This document shows positions 13,291 to 23,545 of a DNA stretch of 64,000 nucleotides, in pieces. Made by a program: the position numbers and the translations under genes. Where the stretch lies: the NCBI RefSeq assembly GCF_001194135.2, contig NC_068982.1, forward strand, positions 65,062,928 to 65,126,927, read 5' to 3'. The stretch comes from Octopus bimaculoides (Eukaryota). Numbering within the stretch: the stretch's first letter is position 1; each line of letters begins with the position of its first letter. The notes beneath the pieces are model-generated. The model ran no database searches. It saw only the letters and a list, made by a program, of their open reading frames with translations, and was not told the DNA's origin.

Positions 13291-13348
13291 TTATGTTTAC
13301 TGCCTAGTACCAGTATGCAATTAGGCAACAAGTCAATTATCTATCCAC

Positions 13349-13384
<36 letters not shown>

Positions 13385-13430
13385 TATACTTGTTCCCTAA
13401 TTGCATACTGGTACTAGGCAGTTAACATAA
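13291..13430. repeat. 43-bp inverted repeat (2 mismatches) enclosing a 54-bp (CATA)n/(TA)n spacer
   Basis: ttatgtttactgcctagtaccagtatgcaattaggcaacaagt (13291-13333) versus acttgttccctaattgcatactggtactaggcagttaacataa (13388-13430). Confidence 0.95.
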
Positions 13431-14140
13431 AACAACCCCTCGACGGAAAAAAAGTGGGTATTAGTAAATCAGGTTAGCTCTGTTGCTGCCGCTGCTGTAT
13501 TTTACTACCACTGTTGCTGTTGCTTCAAATTTTTTTTCGCGGGGTCGCAAAGGCATCGTTCGGATTTAAAAGCGGGGGTTAGGGATATAATACAAAACTA
13601 GGCTCGAAACCTGGGTTCTGAGAGTGGATCGTCTATATAGAACCCATGCTTTCTGAAATGATAATTATGATTTTTGATTTTGCAAGAGGGAAAAGAAATG
13701 AGATGTGATCGTGCTTTTTTTCTTTTTATCTCTCTTTTTTTTAATTTTTTTTTTTTTAGCGATACCAAGGGACATTAAGTAATTGGATTGGAACCTCTCG
13801 CACATTTAGAAAAGGGGTTCAGAATATTAACAGTTCATAGATTTCCCAGAATGCATTAAGCAACAGGTGGGTGCCTGTTAAGTTTTTAGAGAAATCGGTA
13901 TTAAAACATGCGTTGTGGCTTTCAAGGTTTAACAAAAGGGTTTTAGACGAGTCATCAACACAATGTGGATTACACAACAAATATAGTCATATTTTGAGAG
14001 AAAAATAACTTAAGTGTAGAATTAGTCTCAATTGAAAGTGTATATCTGCTGTTTCTAGACGTATAAAAACATTTATTTTTAAGTAATACAAGTGTACACT
14101 TTCTTCCAATGGAAGCGAGCCGTATCTTATGTTAATTTAT

Positions 14141-14180
<40 letters not shown>

Positions 14181-15160
14181 TCACGCGCGCATATCTTCGT
14201 AGTGCATGTTTACGTGTGTATGAGAGTTGTGTTCGCGTGTGTGACGAAATGATTGTTTGAACGCATGTTCGTGCCTGTGTGTGCAAAAGTGGAAACGTAT
14301 CGCGCGCTTGTGAGAGTGCGCGCGTATTACCGGCTTGCTGTACGCGACATGCGATTGCGGCGATATGCTCATAAAAGTGTGTGTGTGTGCGCGCGCGCGT
14401 TACGGGCTTGCTTGTGTGTACGCGAGATGCTGATCGATACAGACCAATAACTTACTCCACTGACAGTTTTCACTTGCCTTTGTTTATGATTTCACTGTAA
14501 ACACATAGTGAGTTCGTTCAGTGAGTTTCTGCATCCTTACAACTGTTTTCTTTTTTGTTTTCGGCCAATTAAGCAGCATCAACGTAGGGTATTGCAGGAC
14601 TAATAGGGTTTCGCACCAGTAGGCTTTTTTTCCTTTCCCCATTACATATACATGTGAACCGCTACATGGTCGCTCGACTTGTTAGAAATAACAGCCAAAT
14701 TCCCTCAAATAACATACTACCATCTTAGAAAAAGATGTATTGAATTATGGGTAAATTTTCAGATTTACCGAATTATGTGGTCATGAGACCATTATGTCTT
14801 TAAAAAAGGGTGGGGTTATTACAGCTGGAATGTCTGATCATAGGCCTGCTCGAGTAGAAGTAACCTAAGGCTACAGAGGCGGACTCGGGGCTGGGGGATA
14901 CGTCCCCACCCCTATCAAGAAAAGAGGTGCGCCCTTCTAAATAATGTTATTATGCCCTTTTCTCCTAGAATTGTATTCCCTTCTGACCTTGTGCCCTCCC
15001 TTAGAAAGATTCCTGTGACCGCGCCTAGGCTAAACAACATTAACTTGTACCAACAAGAGTGACTTTATGGTCGTTTGACCTGCTAGAAACAACAGCTAAA
15101 TGTCTCAAATTACATCTTACCTCTTCGAAATATATTTAACAATAGTGGAAAATGTAGCAC

Positions 15161-15340
15161 TAAGAGTGGGTGCTGAAAAGTTCCTGGCTTTAAGGGTGTC
15201 GCGAAAGGCCCAACCTTCCGAGTTCTTTTACAGGGCTTAGAAAAACTGAAGGGCTGCTGCAATAAGTGTGTGAATCTGAGAGGGAAATATGTTGCATAAA
15301 ATCAAGATCAAAGCCAGGAATTTTTCAAAACCTCCTCGTA
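15161..15340 (+). mobile_element. Mariner-derived MITE
   Basis: TIRs taagagtgggtgctgaaaagttcctggcttt / aaagccaggaatttttcaaaacctcctcgta. The interior encodes LEKLKGCCNKCVNLRGKYVA*, a remnant of the mariner C-terminus (KC..L.G.YVE*). A lone TIR relative occurs at about 53443. Confidence 0.8.
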
Positions 15341-15564
15341 GATGCATCTTGTTTCAGTCATTGGACTGCGGCCATGTTGGTCATTGGACTGCACCACCTT
15401 TAAGAATTTTAGTCAAGCGAATCGAGCCCAGTACTTTTTTCTTTTTGAAGCCCAATGCTTATTCTATCGTTCTGTTACGCCGAACCGTTAAGTAACGGGG
15501 ACGTAAACACACCAACACTGGTTGTCAAGCGGTAGTAGGGGACACACGCACACATCTATTAAGT

Positions 15565-15639
15565 AACAGAGTGATTCAAGGTCCGACAGTTTCGTGCGTT
15601 GTGCCAATGCACAAAACTCTTGGACCTTCAGTCACTGTT
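15565..15639. mobile_element. 75-bp palindromic mini-element (MITE-like), TA-flanked
   Basis: The arms pair over about 35 bp with a few mismatches and G-U pairs around a 3-nt loop. A half-copy lies at 35737-35777. Confidence 0.65.
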
Positions 15640-15722
15640 ATTTCTGTTAAATATTAATAAAGATACACATACTCATATTTTGAGTTCTATTTTTCCTGTT
15701 CGCATCAACATACATACATACA

Positions 15723-15811
<89 letters not shown>

Positions 15812-15902
15812 CTGAAATTTATGGTAAAACAAAAGACGAAGACAGGTATATGAACAACAAGCAAGTGTATTAGTTTGACGCTCGGGAAAAATAAAAAAAT
15901 TA

Positions 15903-15936
15903 TTTTACGTTTCGAGCCGACGCTCTTCATCAGAAA
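15903..15936 (-). ncRNA. Minimal type I hammerhead ribozyme-like motif in a Penelope-like/retrozyme-like repeat
   Basis: Minus strand reads uuu-CUGAUGA-A-GAGC-gucg-GCUC-GAAA-CGU-A-aaa: intact catalytic core, perfect 4-bp helix II, palindromic ACGU helix III, cleavage triplet GUA, and only 3-bp helix I in this copy. Confidence 0.6.
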
Positions 15937-16806
15937 GGAATAAGAGAAAATAAACAGAGAGACAATGAAAAGAACCTGTAGATTTTAGCGGTCCATCATG
16001 CGACGAGCTTTCAGTTTCCGTCTACCAAATCCACTCACAAGGTTAAAGAAGAAGACACTTGCCCAAAGTGTCACGCAGTGGGATTGAATCCGGAACCATG
16101 AAGCTGGGAATGAATTATATTACCACACATATGGTTGGAACACTTTTGATTATAAGTCTACTCAATCAGAGCCTGAGCTCACAGCAAGCTAACATCGCAA
16201 TCATATTGACGCGCGCGCGCGCACTCTCTCTCACACACACACACACACACAGCAGCAGCACCACCACCACCACGGCAACAACGTTTAGTACTCATGCCCC
16301 TCACTTGTACGTGGTAACAGAAGGAACTAAATTCCTACGAAAGGAACAGGTTCAGACGGTCCATACCAAAGTTTTATTGTTAGCACAGTAGCATCACAAA
16401 GACTGGATCTTTTGATAAACTCTTTCCCAACTAATAACGTCTGTTATTAACTCCCGACCAGGCCTTTACTTAACTGAAGTTTAGGCTTTTAAGGCGTCAT
16501 GAAATTAAAAAAAANNNNNNNNNNNNNNNNNNNNNNNNNNNNNNNNNNNNNNNNNNNNNNNNNNNNNNNNNNNNNNNNNNNNNNNNNNNNNNNNNTATAA
16601 GATGTTAGCATATACAAATAATAGCAGGGCCTTGAAGCATAGACTAAACATTGACTATTTGGATATTCGCACTTGAAGTCGTTTTGCTTTTCGTTTTTGT
16701 CACTAAATGCGAGACCCTGTCCTATTTATATACATAGAATGCTCCCGAGGTATTTCCTTCCTCTCGCCATATTGTTGACATAATTAGCATCACTGCATTC
16801 CATTTA

Positions 16807-16839
<33 letters not shown>

Positions 16840-16966
16840 TGTGTGTGAATGTATGTATGTATATATATATATATATATGAGACTCCCTTCATTCATGATC
16901 GATCATCCTTGATGTATTCTATCATTTAGAAGCAGGGAAGTTTGTGGCTGGAAAGATCAATGCTGT

Positions 16967-17306
16967 CAGTCGTTCTCAACCGGGGTCCATATGGTCCCTG
17001 AGGGTCTATATAAGATTTTGTGGGGTTGAATAGTAAATTCAGGATTCATAATAGTATTTTAAGAGCCCATGAAAAAGTTTTGCTATAGATATATGTATAG
17101 ATATGTTTTGCAAGAAACAGCGAGAGTTCTTTCTCTAACATTTTATATAGTTCAACCTCTACGAGTTAATATGTGAAAAACAAAATAAGAATTATGAAAG
17201 AAGTTTCTATAAAACTAGTTTTTAAGCAACGAATGGCTATGAAGATCCACTAGAATAAAATAGTAATCAAAGGAGTCCATAGATAAAAAGTGGTTGAGAA
17301 TCCCTG
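16967..17306. mobile_element. hAT-type MITE (cagtggttctcaac family)
   Basis: TIRs cagtcgttctcaac / ggttgagaatccctg; TSD not preserved. A further partial end lies at about 17930-18038. Confidence 0.7.
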
Positions 17307-17339
17307 TTCAACGTCGCGGAGGTCACATCTGTATGAATT

Positions 17340-17780
17340 AGTATTGCTGGTTTCCTTTCTGCGTGCCTGCTTTCCTGTCACAGTATCCACCAACATCATC
17401 TCTCACAACTTCACGTAGCAGCTCGGGATACCACTCCACCTCATTCGGTCTCCCAGGATTTTGAACTAATACCTCTCAGGCAGACATCTCTGTAGCGGAT
17501 ATTGGCGCGGCTAGTGGAACTCATCTTGGCTGTCAGCTCTCTATAGAGGTTATCTCTTGAGATGTGGCCGTTCTTCATACAGTGGACGTGACTCATTTAG
17601 CAGTCTTCACTGTCAGAACTGAGTGTTCATGTTGGGAAGTCTAGTGTAGAACAAAACCACTGCATCGGTCACTATCTTTCCAGTATGTAATTAGGATACT
17701 TAAGATGGATCTCATGTAGATCTTCAGTCTTTATTCCTGTCTAGCATATGTGGTCCATGTCTCCTGCTCGATCAACTGTT
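17340..17780 (-). mobile_element. RTE-clade LINE C-terminal fragment
   Basis: Translation ITYWKD.VTDAVVLFYTRLPNMNT...HVHCMKNGHISRDNLYRELTAK..STSRANIRYRDVC resembles RTE 3' ORF motifs (WKD.VTN.EVL....LP, GHV.RM...R.PK..LYGEL, RP.LRYKDVC). Confidence 0.75.
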
Positions 17781-19084
17781 ATACCCGCATATTTTCTATT
17801 GGCCAATCACACTTGTACAAGTGTGATTAGCATACGAGTGTGTAGGAGTGACGTGGGTTTTTGAGACCAACGGCAAAAAAGGACGATATTATGCGAAAAA
17901 TTGAAAGTCTTGAAATTTTAAAACTTAACAGTCTCAAGCCACCCCATTTTCACGATACTTCAGTATCCCTTCGCGGACCCCCTAAAATCGCTTCGCGGTC
18001 CCCTAGGGGACCGCGGACTCCAGTTTGAGAACTACTGGTATAGAGTACCAGTGGTTACTGCACTATACTATTCCAAATACAGCCTTATAATATACTATAT
18101 TACTCCAAGCATTGGCACATTGTATTATTAAAGAGATTTTAGTTTTTTATCTGGGTGGTTTAAAGTCTCCCTTGGTTTACTATAGACTCTTGTATACCAT
18201 TATACAATATATGTTGCGTGTTCACTCGTGGAAATAATACCAGAAACGAACTCTAAAAACAACAGGGAGCTATATTCCTCCGTTAAACAGTACAGTGTAC
18301 CAAATAAAACATCACGAATTCTGTTGGTTGTATAGTTCATCCATCGTTTGGATAATTCAACTTCGGTCGTCGTTGGTTACATGTGCTCCGTTATATTAAT
18401 TTTGCTCAGGTGAATAACGGCATGAAAATAACAAGACACGCCTTCATGAAAATCGCTCACCCCCTCCCCACCTGATCATAGACGATTTGTTATACCAATT
18501 TATAGAAAAAGGGTAGGCTACAGAACACCTACAGATTAGCTGTTTGTGAATATATTAAATATATTACGCGTACTGTGATTGGCTCCTCGATCCAAACCCT
18601 GCGCAATACTCAACCAATGTTCAAAACTCACATCTTAGTTAAGACGACCAATCATTATAGATTAACGCGCTTAGCCTCTATCAATTTAATGAATTCAATG
18701 TACCGTAATAGAAAATGGTCTCGTTACAATCTCACTAAAAGCACACGCACACGCACACATAAAATACAATTACGATTCAGTTGAATTAGGTATTTAAATT
18801 GAGGCACCTTGTTAGGTCGTAATAACATGCTCATCCAAACAATATTAAGTGAATATCAAACTCGGTGCAGAAGTGTCTGCACCAACGAAATAGCATCAGA
18901 ATCAGTGTAAATATTTTGGCTCTGTGGGGTTGTGACTATGTTTAATCAGTCGAATTGTCCTTTACATTTGAAGTTCATGCAGTCACCTGACGAAAACGGT
19001 TCCTTTGCAATGATGTAATGTTTTCATTAACCAATTAAAAGAGTCTCTTGAAACGGCCGTAATGAATTGACACCTGTACCTCTA

Positions 19085-19290
19085 TGTTACTGAACCCGGA
19101 ACCATGTGGTTGGTAAGCAAGCTACTTATCACACATTACGATGGGCTTCTTTCAGTTTCCTTCTACCAATTCCACTCACAAGGCTTTGATCGGCCTGAGG
19201 CTATAGAAGAAGACACTTATCCAAGGTGTCATGCAGTGAGACTGAACCCGGAACCGTGTGTTTGGGAAGCAAGCTTCTTATTACACTAGA
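19085..19290 (-). mobile_element. SINE family B 5' portions (two heads)
   Basis: Reverse complement of the family B head (gaacccggaaccatgtggttggtaagcaagct) occurs twice. Confidence 0.75.
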
Positions 19291-19512
19291 AGCTTCTTGC
19301 CACACAAATTATATTATACACTGCACTTCCTTATACCACTCCAGCCACTGTACTTTACCACCCCAAGCACTACCGTTATACTATATCGCTCTAAACACAA
19401 CACTATGCAACACTGTACCGAACATTGCATTATACTCCAAGCTATACCACTTCAAGTACTGTACTACATTACTCCAAACATTATATCACATCAAAGAGAA
19501 CGATAGATAGGA

Positions 19513-19773
19513 TTACCTTCCACACTTAAAGACAGCAGCATAGTGCAGGTACTGGCCACCTGTATGATGACCAAAATTGGTCGCCACCTTTCTGGGATGT
19601 ATCATACCTTTGATAAGAAGTACATGTTTATAAAGTGACTTCTCTGTGTGGTCCGCATACCACACGCTATATCGCTGCTTGAAGTTATCGATGTCATTCC
19701 CCTTTAAAATGGTCTTCAATTTGGTATTTGAATAGCTTCTTTTGGTCCACAGTATAATTGCCCGAAGAGGATC
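19513..19773 (-). CDS. Candidate coding exon or pseudo-exon of unknown product
   Basis: Stop-free frame DPLRAIILWTKRSYSNTKLKTILKGNDIDNFKQRYSVWYADHTEKSLYKHVLLIKGMIHPRKVATNFGHHTGGQYLHYAAVFKCGR in non-repetitive DNA, bounded by ttgtag| (19774) and AAG|gtaatc (19516). No homolog recognised. Confidence 0.3.
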   Translation of the reverse strand, partial: DPLRAIILWTKRSYSNTKLKTILKGNDIDNFKQRYSVWYADHTEKSLYKHVLLIKGMIHPRKVATNFGHHTGGQYLHYAAVFKCGR

Positions 19774-22700
19774 CTACAATGGAAACGCGAGTCAGACATT
19801 TACACATTTGTCCAAGCTTCTTCGTTGATGTCTGTGTAGGGTGGATTTGATACTGTTGTTGGTTCGAGTGAATAATATGTATTCTAGCTGGTGTGTTACT
19901 TTACTTATGATTGCAGCTCTGCGGGTGGATGATCATAAGTGGAGAATTTGGTCCTATGCTAACCCACTGCATGTTGGACGCAGAAGTGCAGCTAATTATA
20001 TCGACTGTGCCAAGCTCCAAAAAAGCGATCTTATTAAAAGAATAACACGAAAGAAAAAGATCAATAACCGACAGCCCCATTATTATATTTACTAATTATA
20101 CAAAACTAATTTATCTAATGAGTCGAACGCTGCAATCGAATAAATTCGGTTTATATATTTCTGGTACTTTTACAGAGACATCAATGCAGAAGAATGAAAA
20201 GTAGAATAAAGGTTGTTGCGGCAGCTGAACTTGAAATAATGAAGTACAAAACGAAATAGAAACTAATTTATTTCTTTAACACTTATGATAAAACACTCTT
20301 GGCCATCGACCTTTTCAAAGAATCCGTTGTACGGTATGGCGATGAGGTATCAGGGATTCAAAGGAGGAATACTTCGACACAAGGCACGTGAAAAACCTCA
20401 ATAATATTAATAATAATGGAAAAAAAAAACCCCTCTCGTATATTAATATCGGTAACGTTAAACACATTAAAATAAATTAGCATACCTTTTAATTGAATTA
20501 ATTGACTTGTGCATTAGCAAGAGCATTGATTAGAGATTAATGAGTTTTAGTAATAAAGTCACCTACCTCTTCCAGGTTCAATCCGTTTTTCTTCGTTACA
20601 ATTTCATTTGCTCGAACATTGTATGAACTTGAGTGTATAAATAAATATAGTTCAACCACTGCACTAAGCTTGGAATATTTGGTAACATTTTTTTTTCTTG
20701 ATAATTAGGTAGTACTTTATTTTGTGAGAAAAGCTGGGAAGACGCAATTGTATAGAAACTCGCCGAGTGGATTGTACTTGTAATTTGAATTGTTGAGTCT
20801 TGTCCCACAGATTCAGCTACTTAAACGCTAATTCAGGAACACTTGATTCAGTAGATATCGAACAACTGGAAATCCACCATCATCACAACTCTTCACAGTT
20901 ATGGTTTTATATCAGCAAGAAAACAGAGACATGTCGGCATTGAATCTCATTTACAAGTCACAAAGTAATAAAGCCTTTGCAAACTATGACCTCTTTTCAT
21001 CATTTTCTCTTAACATTCCAAACAGTCGCAAATTGAGCGGATCTACCTTAATTTTACTCATTAACCGGCTTTCTTATAGAATAGGGTCGGAAGTTATCTA
21101 GTGAGAAAAAAAAACATCAACTAATTTCTTTAGATCTGCGTGTTTTAAACATGGAAAACTATAAATCTCCCTGAGAGAAAATGACCTCCAGTACATATCG
21201 GAAGAGACCGCACAAAAGCGACATGCTACGTTCATCTAATTTACAAATAAATTATTGTTTTTACATTAGTGACTATTAAGATTAATTATACCGAGTTAAT
21301 ATTTTCATAGACATGAGGGCGGACGAACTGGCAGAATCGTTAGCACGCCGAGCAAAAATGCTTAGCGGNNNNNNNNNNNNNNNNNNNNNNNNNNNNNNNN
21401 NNNNNNNNNNNNNNNNNNNNNNNNNNNNNNNNNNNNNNNNNNNNNNNNNNNNNNNNNNNNNNNNNNNNNNNNNNNNNNNNNNNNNNNNNNNNNNNNNNNN
21501 NNNNNNNNNNNNNNNNNNNNNNNNNNNNNNNNNNNNNNNNNNNNNNNNNNNNNNNNNNNNNNNNNNNNNNNNNNNNNNNNNNNNNNNNNNNNNNNNNNNN
21601 NNNNNNNNNNNNNNNNNNNNNNNNNNNNNNNNNNNNNNNNNNNNNNNNNNNNNNNNNNNNNNNNNNNNNNNNNNNNNNNNNNNNNNNNNNNNNNNNNNNN
21701 NNNNNNNNNNNNNNNNNNNNNNNNNNNNNNNNNNNNNNNNNNNNNNNNNNNNNNNNNNNNNNNNNNNNNNNNNNNNNNNNNNNNNNNNNNNNNNNNNNNN
21801 NNNNNNNNNNNNNNNNNNNNNNNNNNNNNNNNNNNNNNNNNNNNNNNNNNNNNNNNNNNNNNNNNNNNNNNNNNNNNNNNNNNNNNNNNNNNNNNNNNNN
21901 NNNNNNNNNNNNNNNNNNNNNNNNNNNNNNNNNNNNNNNNNNNNNNNNNNNNNNNNNNNNNNNNNNNNNNNNNNNNNNNNNNNNNNNNNNNNNNNNNNNN
22001 NNNNNNNNNNNNNNNNNNNNNNNNNNNNNNNNNNNNNNNNNNNNNNNNNNNNNNNNNNNNNNNNNNNNNNNNNNNNNNNNNNNNNNNNNNNNNNNNNNNN
22101 NNNNNNNNNNNNNNNNNNNNNNNNNNNNNAAATCTTTTAATCAGGAGGAAAGGGCAGTGTCCATGATCCTTCACAGGGCCTCCGAGATTGGTGGAAGGGA
22201 GAGAGGAAAGTATCCTCAAAAAGGAATCCTGGCTCGAATGGACCCCACTAAAAGCGTCAGGTGCCAGGTAGTGATGTTAAACAGAGTGAAATCTACTATC
22301 TATGTGGGCTATGGCGGGATTTGAACTCAGAACTCAAAAGAGTCGGAACAAAATATACCGCCTAGGATTAGTCCAATTTGTTTTTATCGATCCCAAAGGA
22401 AACAGCATTTGAACTCAAGAATAACCATCAAAAAGCATTCTGTCCGTCCCTCTAACGAGTAGGTCAACTTGCCTCCCTGATACATGGTAAGTAAAAGTTC
22501 GTTATTAATGCTAATAGCTTGGCCATAAGAAAATTTATTTAAATTGCTGAATATAATGAATGAGTTAGATAGAAACTTGCAACGCTGAAGCTCAGATTCC
22601 AAAGTTTTCTCCACATCATCGGCCATTTGCATTTTAGAACAGTTTAAAGGTCTTTCTTTATAACAATTTTAACCACTTCTTTAATTATTAGTATTATAAT

Positions 22701-23265
22701 CTCACTAATGGCATACGCCTAGCCTTTCTTTGTTATATTATGTTATATTAAGATAAAAAGTGGTATCTTAAATCAATTTATTAGCTCAACTGATTTTAAA
22801 ATGTCTTTAAATTTAGACGATTACTAATTTTTTCAATGCCCGAAAAATATTTAAAAAAGTGAAAATTAAGGTTCTTATTTCGTTTATCGGAGTGGAACCG
22901 TTTGGTGATTTTTCGTTTTCAGGTTTCCTGGCATTATTAATGAAAGTACACAGGGATTGTATTAAAACGAATCCCAAATCTGCAGTTCTTATTAAAAATT
23001 TTTGCTCAATTTCCACAATTAATGCACAGTTATCAACTCAGAGGCACCAGATAAGAGTGTTTAGATTTCACTGGTTACTGCGAGACTTTTTGGCTTGAAC
23101 AAAGCGACATAAAGTAGAAAATAACGCGGTTGGGACACTCAGCCTCGTATTTTCACAAGCTAACTTTTCGCCATGTATTTGCAAATTAAGCTAAGCCAAA
23201 GCCAAGCTATTGTAAAATCTTACAAGACAGCATCACTAAATTGTCCATTGAATTAGTAAAAAAAA

Positions 23266-23299
<34 letters not shown>

Positions 23300-23362
23300 T
23301 ATAACATGTAGCAAGTAAGAGAAGGAGCTTGTTTTATGTTTGCGAACATATTTATTTCTACA

Positions 23363-23545
23363 CTAGCAGCTGAGCCCGGTTTCACCCGGTCAGAGAACGA
23401 CGCGAAGAGAGAAACGAAGACATAAAAAAGAGGAAGAAGTGGATACGAAGTGGTGTTTGGGCGACGGATCTTGGTAGAAAAAAAATAATGTCATGGTGAG
23501 TTAGTAAGGAGAGCAAAGCAAGATTGGACTTACGTGGGCTGGCAG
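23363..23545 (-). mobile_element. Helitron 3' terminus (rest lost in the gap)
   Basis: Minus strand reads gaccgggtgaaaccgggctcagctgCTAG|t: a GC-rich subterminal hairpin about 10 nt before CTAG, followed by T. Confidence 0.75.

Larger units (their letters stand above)
15350..16110 (-). mobile_element. SINE family B split by nested insertions
   Basis: 3' half at 15350-15555 and 5' half at 16000-16110, separated by a hairpin element, (CATA)n(TA)n and the hammerhead-like repeat. Confidence 0.7.

Noticed and set aside
22470-22495. Minus-strand acttaccatgtatcagggagg resembling the U1 snRNA 5' end
   Set aside because: Only the donor-complementary heptamer matches. The U1 stem-loops and Sm site are absent; it is simply a plus-strand GTAAGT.
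23258-23283. Poly(A) tracts (also 24634-24664) as processed-pseudogene tails
   Set aside because: No nearby AATAAA, no TSD and no upstream ORF; they adjoin (TA)n and look like simple repeats.
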